The notes under the pieces: model-generated
What the model was told of the DNA's origin: nothing
The model's database searches: none
The model's input: the letters and a program-made list of their open reading frames with translations, nothing else
Part shown: in pieces, positions 58,220 to 64,000 of the stretch
How positions within the stretch are numbered: the stretch's first letter is position 1
How the letters are laid out: every line of letters begins with the position of its first letter
From: Macrostomum lignano
Lineage: Eukaryota
DNA: 64,000 bases
Assembly: GCA_002269645.1 (NCBI GenBank)
Contig: NIVC01001157.1
Span: 256,312 to 320,311, forward strand
Direction of reading: 5' to 3'
Made by a program: the position numbers and the translations under genes

Positions 58220-60799
58220 AAACTGCAGTATCTGTTTTTGGGGTGGGTGCTGTGAGCTATTTGTTAAATGAGACAGATGTGAGCATAATTGGCAGCAACC
58301 TCAAATTTGAAAACTGCAGTATCTGTTTTTGGGGTGGATGCTAAGGAGACATTATCATTCATTAATACCTATCTATTCTATCTGACGTGGTACATTTTCT
58401 AGCGACTTGCCTGAGTCATTTTTATTGGATGCTAAAATTAAAAACTTTTTGGCAGACATTTTGTGCAGTTCAAATAAACTAGCCTCTTTTGTGCTCACGA
58501 GAGGTCTTTTGTGTCTGAAAGTCTTTTGTGTTTTTTGTTACTAAATATAGATTCACGCAAGATAGGTGAGCCACTAGACTTGTACAATGGAGAGGGTCTT
58601 TTTGAAACTTTTGATATGATAAGCGCCACATCCAACTTAGTAAAAGAGAAATCTACCTCCTTTCATAGGACACTTAAATGTAGATTACTTAAATTTATTT
58701 TTTATAAAAATGGCCTTCAATAAACCATTATTTCTAGAAAATGCCTTAGAAATGAAGAAATGCAGAAAAAAATGCCATGCATCTCAAGTAACTACAATTC
58801 TGACTCATGTGGATAGAATTTTTTCTGCATCTGGCATGAGCCTGCAAAGTTGCATTCCATTCACCCGGTGTCGCTTTCTCATTGGTTGTCATCAATGAGG
58901 CACCAATGAGAATTGAGTTTATGCGCTGCTTTTGTATTTTAACATAATATTAATACAGGAATGAATTTGGAAAGATGGCTGATAATTCTCTCCAAATTCA
59001 TTGCAACAATAAAAAGCTTTAATAGACATGCCATCCGAAAATGAACTTCGCAAGAGATATAGGGATCATCGAAAGGAATTCGAACTCACAAAGCAAAAGA
59101 TTCGAAGGCTCATGCCATTAACTATATTTGCAGATCTAGATTCTGAGAGACTAATCAATAAGCTACAAGGTTTAGATACATTCAAGTCCTTTACGGAGGA
59201 GGATAAGCTCCTGAAGCTTCTGAAGGAAAATGTGTCAAAAAGAAAAAGCATGCAAGCTATTGCACTATCCTATCAAAGCCAATCTCAAGCCATGCAAGCG
59301 ATTGGTGATTTGGATACTGAAGAAGATAGCCTTCCACCACCCTATGAGATCGCTGCTGACAACCGAGGCACTGCTGACAACCGAGGCACTGCTGACAACC
59401 GAGGCACTGCTGACAACCGTGGCACTGCTGACAACCGAGGCACTGCTGACAACCGAGGCACTGCTGACAACCGAGGCACTGCTGACAACCGTGGCACTGC
59501 TGACAACCGAGGCACTGCTGACATCCGAGGCACTGCTGCTTCATCACCTAACCAAAACTAGATGATTGATGACTTGTGGTGACCATGGACTAATTTGTCA
59601 ATATTAATAAATTGCTCTAATGTTTTAATTTTGTTCTTCATAGGCGTTTGAGGACTTTTTGTTTCTGTTTTAATAATCACTACTTTAATATTTAAAATAC
59701 AAAACCATTATTATTATTTGCATAAGTTATGCGAAGTGTAACCTAAGAACGGATTTTAAGGAGTGAAAAAATAGTATCTCCGCTGTTATCTTTTTTAAAT
59801 TTTTATAATTAATTTTCATTAAAGCAATTTTGATTTACGTGAATTAAATTTAACTTTATGTAATGGAAGCTGTCCTTGACCAATTGTTAGAGTTCCTGCG
59901 AGAGCCTATTTGACCATACTATTTGACCACTCAGTGTGGGTTTCGCACGACGTTAAAGCTGAGTCACAATATAACAATTGCTTTGAGGAGAATTTCTCAT
60001 ACTTTTTGTTCCATTTTTAAGATACATAATTTAGAAAAGGGTTAGTGAAATCGTCCGTAGGTAGGGTTGCGAGCATTGTTCGTTTGTAACTTGCGTGGCC
60101 CACTTCATGTCTTTTTTACAGCTAGATAGAGGGTGAACACAAAAGATTTGCACGAGCCACTCCTATTGGATGCCAAAACCAAAAACTTTTTGGCAGAAAT
60201 TTTGGCAAACATTTTGGTTTTGGCAGAAATTTAGGCAGCCAATAGAAATGTTGAGTGCTGCGGTTAGTGCTCTAGTAGTCGAGTATGCATGCCACGAAAA
60301 ATTTAAATAAGCACTCCATGTTCTTGAATGTCTTCTATTATCTTTAAGTAAAAATCTAAAACAGCATTAAAGCCATTTTAAAGTCTCGGGACAAAGCGAA
60401 TGTGGAGCAAATTATTGACTTTTGTAGAAGCATTGTATTGCCTCGAGTGGACAATTTTTATGCATAGATGGTAGCTGACTGATCGTTAAAAGCAAAGCTA
60501 GTAAGATTGGCTTATTGAAGGGCGTTATGCAATGGGAGAAATGACTATTATTAAATTTGATGCTAGTTTTGAAATGATTAAACCTGAAAATAGGTTATTT
60601 TAACCCACGAATCACAACTTTCTTGTGGTTTTAGTCACGAAATCGCGCAAAAAGCAATTTTTCAAAAGTTTTGAAATCACTAAAATCACTGTTTTCAGAC
60701 AATTTTCACCTGTTTTTAGTCGATTTTTATCTGTTTTTTTGTGATTTTTCAAATTGGGTTGCGCTCAAACCTACTTTTCCTATACTACTGAGAGCGATT
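57713..60799. repeat. Right arm of the 3,087-bp inverted duplication
   Basis: Reverse complement of 47141-50227; ACTACT at 60784-60789. Confidence 0.95.
59028..59561 (+). CDS. Orphan protein (177 aa) with PPPY and (ADNRGT)x10; copy in right arm
   Basis: Identical translation to 48379-48912. Confidence 0.55.
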   Translation: MPSENELRKRYRDHRKEFELTKQKIRRLMPLTIFADLDSERLINKLQGLDTFKSFTEEDKLLKLLKENVSKRKSMQAIALSYQSQSQAMQAIGDLDTEEDSLPPPYEIAADNRGTADNRGTADNRGTADNRGTADNRGTADNRGTADNRGTADNRGTADNRGTADIRGTAASSPNQN

Positions 60800-61175
60800 A
60801 ATCAAAATAACGAAGACTTGAACAACACTTCACAATTGATACGCTTCTCTCCCAGAGATATAGCCTCGATTTGTTGCTCTAACTAACCACAAGATCTTTT
60901 GAGGCTGCTCCGAGTCTGAGGTTTCAGCTCGGATTTTACGCTTGTGTTTATAGTCGAATTTTTGGTAAATACTCGTACTTAGTAGCGCGACTCATATTTC
61001 ATCATATTTCATCAGATTTCATCTTATTTCATCATATTTCACCATAGTTGCAACATATTTCACCATAGTTGCAGCTTGTCTCATGCTTCGTCGTACGTTG
61101 TATTCACGGTCTTAAAATAGAGTATGACAATTTTGCAATTTTTATAACATTTAAGTTTTTCGCTTTTTTATGTTA

Positions 61176-62415
61176 CTACTTAGAGTAGTTTACTTTGTAT
61201 CGTATTTGGAGATCTCTACATGATGACGTGCGATTCCCGCGCAGAAACTGGTCGATCAGTTCTTGCTCTAGATGGTGAGGCTCGAGCCAAGGGAAGGCTT
61301 GTTTTCCTAGCTCCTGCAGAGCATCTGTGTAATCTTCAGTTGACTCGTTCTTGCGCTGGCTGCGGCCTCTGAATTCTTCTCGATACTCGTCAGGTCCTGA
61401 GAGTCGTGCAAATCTCTCTATTAGTCGTTGCTGAAGCTGTCGATAGGTGATGCAGTTGGGCAGCTTCATGCGAAGTACCGCGGCGTAGGCCGAATTTAAG
61501 TCTAAATTTATTGAGGGAAGGTGACTCATTTGCGTTTTGAAATTTTGACCTCTCGAAAATTGAATAGAATACAATAGGTTTTGCGCATCAATACCATATT
61601 TAGAACTCATCAGTCCATAATTTTGACAGGCTAGTGATAGTTTTGCACGTTAAAGCGTGCAATGGCAATGCTATGCTAGAATAGTTTTTAATGTACTTTT
61701 TATAGTATTGGGCCAGGCCTAGAAAACTGCGCAACTGAGATGATGTGCGACGCACTGGCCAATCGCGGATAGCGGCGAGCTTCGCCTCATCCGTCTTGAC
61801 ACCTTCGGGAGTTAGCTTATGTCCTAAGTAAGCCAACTCAGCTGAGAATAGCGCAAATTTCTTCGCTTTCAGCTTCAATTTCGCGTCAATTACGCGTTGC
61901 AGCACTATTTCTAAGTGGGCAAGATGCTGCTCAAAGGTCACTGAATGAACTAGGATGTCATTCATATACCCGAGCGCTATATGGGCTTTAATCCTTCTAG
62001 GAGCAAATTAATGGTCCTTTGGAATGAGCCGGGCGAATCAGTCAAGCCCATTGGTAACACATTAAAGCAAAATTGGCCACGATTAATCATTGAGAAGGCT
62101 GTTCTATGCTAATCTTCCTGTCTAAGCGGTATTTGAAAGAAACATTGCGCTAAGTCTAGGCAAGAATAGAAATTCGAGCCCTTTAAGCAAGCAAAGGTAT
62201 CTTGAATCTTAGGCAGAGGATAGACGTGCCTTAAACATTTCTTATTCAACTCGCGATAATCTAACACTAATCTAACTGTTCCATTCTTTTTAGGTACTAA
62301 CAGCACTGGCGAGTTGTAACTGGAGTATGCTGGCCTAATGATGTTCTTTGCCAACATCTCGTCTATTACGCCATCGAGCTTTTCCTGCAAATGCGGCGGC
62401 ACGCTGCGCGGCGCA
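61176..62415 (-). mobile_element. Rearranged Ty3/Gypsy fragments (RT N-half, RT core/thumb, then gag segment)
   Basis: YNSPVLLVPKKNGTVRLVLDYRELN...YPLPKI...LDLAQCFFQIPL; YMNDILV...LAYLGH...LRSFLGLAQYYKKYI; gag FRGRSQRKNESTEDYTDALQELGKQAF...LIDQFLRG. Confidence 0.85.
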
Positions 62416-62760
62416 AGGGTCCAGTGAGCGCACAAGGGGAGGAGTGCGTTTAACTAGACTAGCGTACAATGAGCGATTGTACGCGGCAGGCCAGGCAACA
62501 ACAGTACAGGCAAGCGCCAAATATGGCGGCTTCCACTAACTAACCTTTAGCTAGAAAACTTCCTAATTTCCTATGTTAATGAGCCTCATTATGACGACTC
62601 GATTGCGCCATCTTGTGCAACTGACTAGCGCCAATTAAGGCTGCCAATAGCACAAAGAGGCTGCAGAACAGTTTCTGTTCCAGATGCTAGCAGCGGACAG
62701 CAATGCCTAAGATGTGACTGCCCTATGCTTGCAGCAGAAGGCTGCGACCACATCAGAAGT
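62415..62760. repeat. Fourth copy of the unclassified repeat family
   Basis: Matches ~22515-22770 and 21345-21590. Confidence 0.75.
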
Positions 62761-62940
62761 TACGTATGCCTCTGCATTTTAATCAATCTTTGGATGGAAT
62801 TCATGCCTAGTAAACATTTTCCACTAATGTATTGATCTAGATCATAAAAAATAAATTTCCGAAATTTCAATTACCCGCTTTCCCATCGCAACGCGATATC
62901 AAATTATGGCCAAAACGTTTTTGTTGAGTTTAAAAAACTA

Positions 62941-63912
62941 CTTCGGGTGTGTCATAAGTAATTTCACTGCAGGCTTCTGTCTAAAATATGTAGGCACATG
63001 GACTTGTGGGTAGTTTAGCTGCAAAGTATACTTAGTGAAGCAATAGCAGTGCATTTGAGACGTGCATAGGTTGTTTATGGCCCAAGCTATCGCAAGAATA
63101 CGCCAAGCAGATTTAGCAAGTGCAACGCGATGAAAAATCGTCTATGCAGCGAACAAAAATCACCATGAATCTTGACATGACGCCTGCACCAAGTAGATCC
63201 GCAAGGTAATCAGCAGGCGGAGCTTGAATGACGTCCTAAACTGCCTGGTTGCTGAGGATGAAAGCTGGCTCCACCTGGATTGCAAGGGCAGCAAGGCAGA
63301 CAATCGCTGCTGGCTGGGAGCTGGGGACTCCAGGGCGACTGTGACCAGGAAGTCCATCTTGGACAAGAAGACCATGCTGCTGGTAGCCTTCACGCCAAAC
63401 GAACGAGTCTCTATCTGCACAACTCCACCGAACACCAAGGTCGATGGCCAGTATTTTATCGACTTTGTCCGGCACACTGGAGACCTCTGGCGCACTCTCC
63501 GGTCAAATCCATGTCACCTGGACGAGGTTCTGCGGCAGATGGACACCGCACGGCCGCACACCTGTAAGGCTTTTTCGAATTTTCTGCTTGCACGGCGAAT
63601 GAATCTGCTCTGACAGAGTCTATACAGCCCGGACTTCAAACTTGTGCAAGAGACTTCTGTTCAAATGGCTGAAGGCTGACTTTTCCAAGAAGAGTTTCGC
63701 AACCATGAAGAGGTCAAACAGGCTGCGTTGCACTGGCTATGGCACTTGGAGGAAAAAACACCTGTAGGCTGAGGTGGACAAGCTGTATGAGCACTGCCAG
63801 ATGGTGATGATATTGGGGGACTCTATGTTGTTGAGTGGTACAGTTTTGTTCATCTGCGATTGCAAGTTCGTCTGTTTTCACATCAGTGACATTACTTATG
63901 ACACACCCGAAG
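62941..63912 (+). mobile_element. Internally deleted mariner/Tc1 element (972 bp)
   Basis: 29-bp TIRs CTTCGGGTGTGTCATAAGTAAT(T/G)TCACTG, TA on both sides; remnant AEDESW...MDTARPH...YSPDF. Confidence 0.9.
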
Positions 63913-64000
63913 TATGACTGTTAGAGCCATAGAAAGGCTCTAACTGCGCCGTCCAGCCGCAGGCGACCCTCCCGACATGTATGCGCAGCGCCCATGCCGC

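Noticed and set aside
47151-60789. A conventional Polinton insertion with 3-kb TIRs
   Set aside because: Flanks are inverted (GCTCTC/GAGAGC) rather than a direct 6-bp TSD, and no Polinton core genes lie inside.

Overview
Eukaryotic (animal-like) genomic DNA made almost entirely of mobile-element debris; I found no convincing host gene, rRNA, tRNA or CRISPR array. It is dominated by fragments of several Polinton/Maverick (adintovirus-like) elements. The clearest structure is an 11.5-kb internally deleted Polinton (1199-12694) with ~355-bp TIRs, AGTAGT...ACTACT ends and a perfect 6-bp TSD (CACCAC). It is inserted into the pPolB gene of a second, different Polinton; removing the insert restores that reading frame, which also appears to carry a spliceosomal intron and is transcribed divergently from a tandem PC4-like gene. 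Two large fold-back structures are built from Polinton-end sequence: 8035-12070 (1.4-kb arms) and 47141-60799 (3.1-kb arms around a CACTA-like transposase and a BEN-like gene). Other Polinton-type genes seen are three integrases, three parvovirus-type PLA2 genes (one apparently fused in frame to the integrase), a major-capsid fragment, an adenain-like protease, a fibre-like repeat protein, Gly-rich core-like proteins, an HNH nuclease, a Prim-Pol-like primase and an unnamed family present as three diverged paralogues. Interspersed are an intact D34D mariner, a deleted mariner, a hAT element with an 8-bp TSD inserted in a DIRS RNase H, three decayed Gypsy elements and an unclassified repeat family. 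All protein-family calls are by-eye motif recognition; no database search was run.
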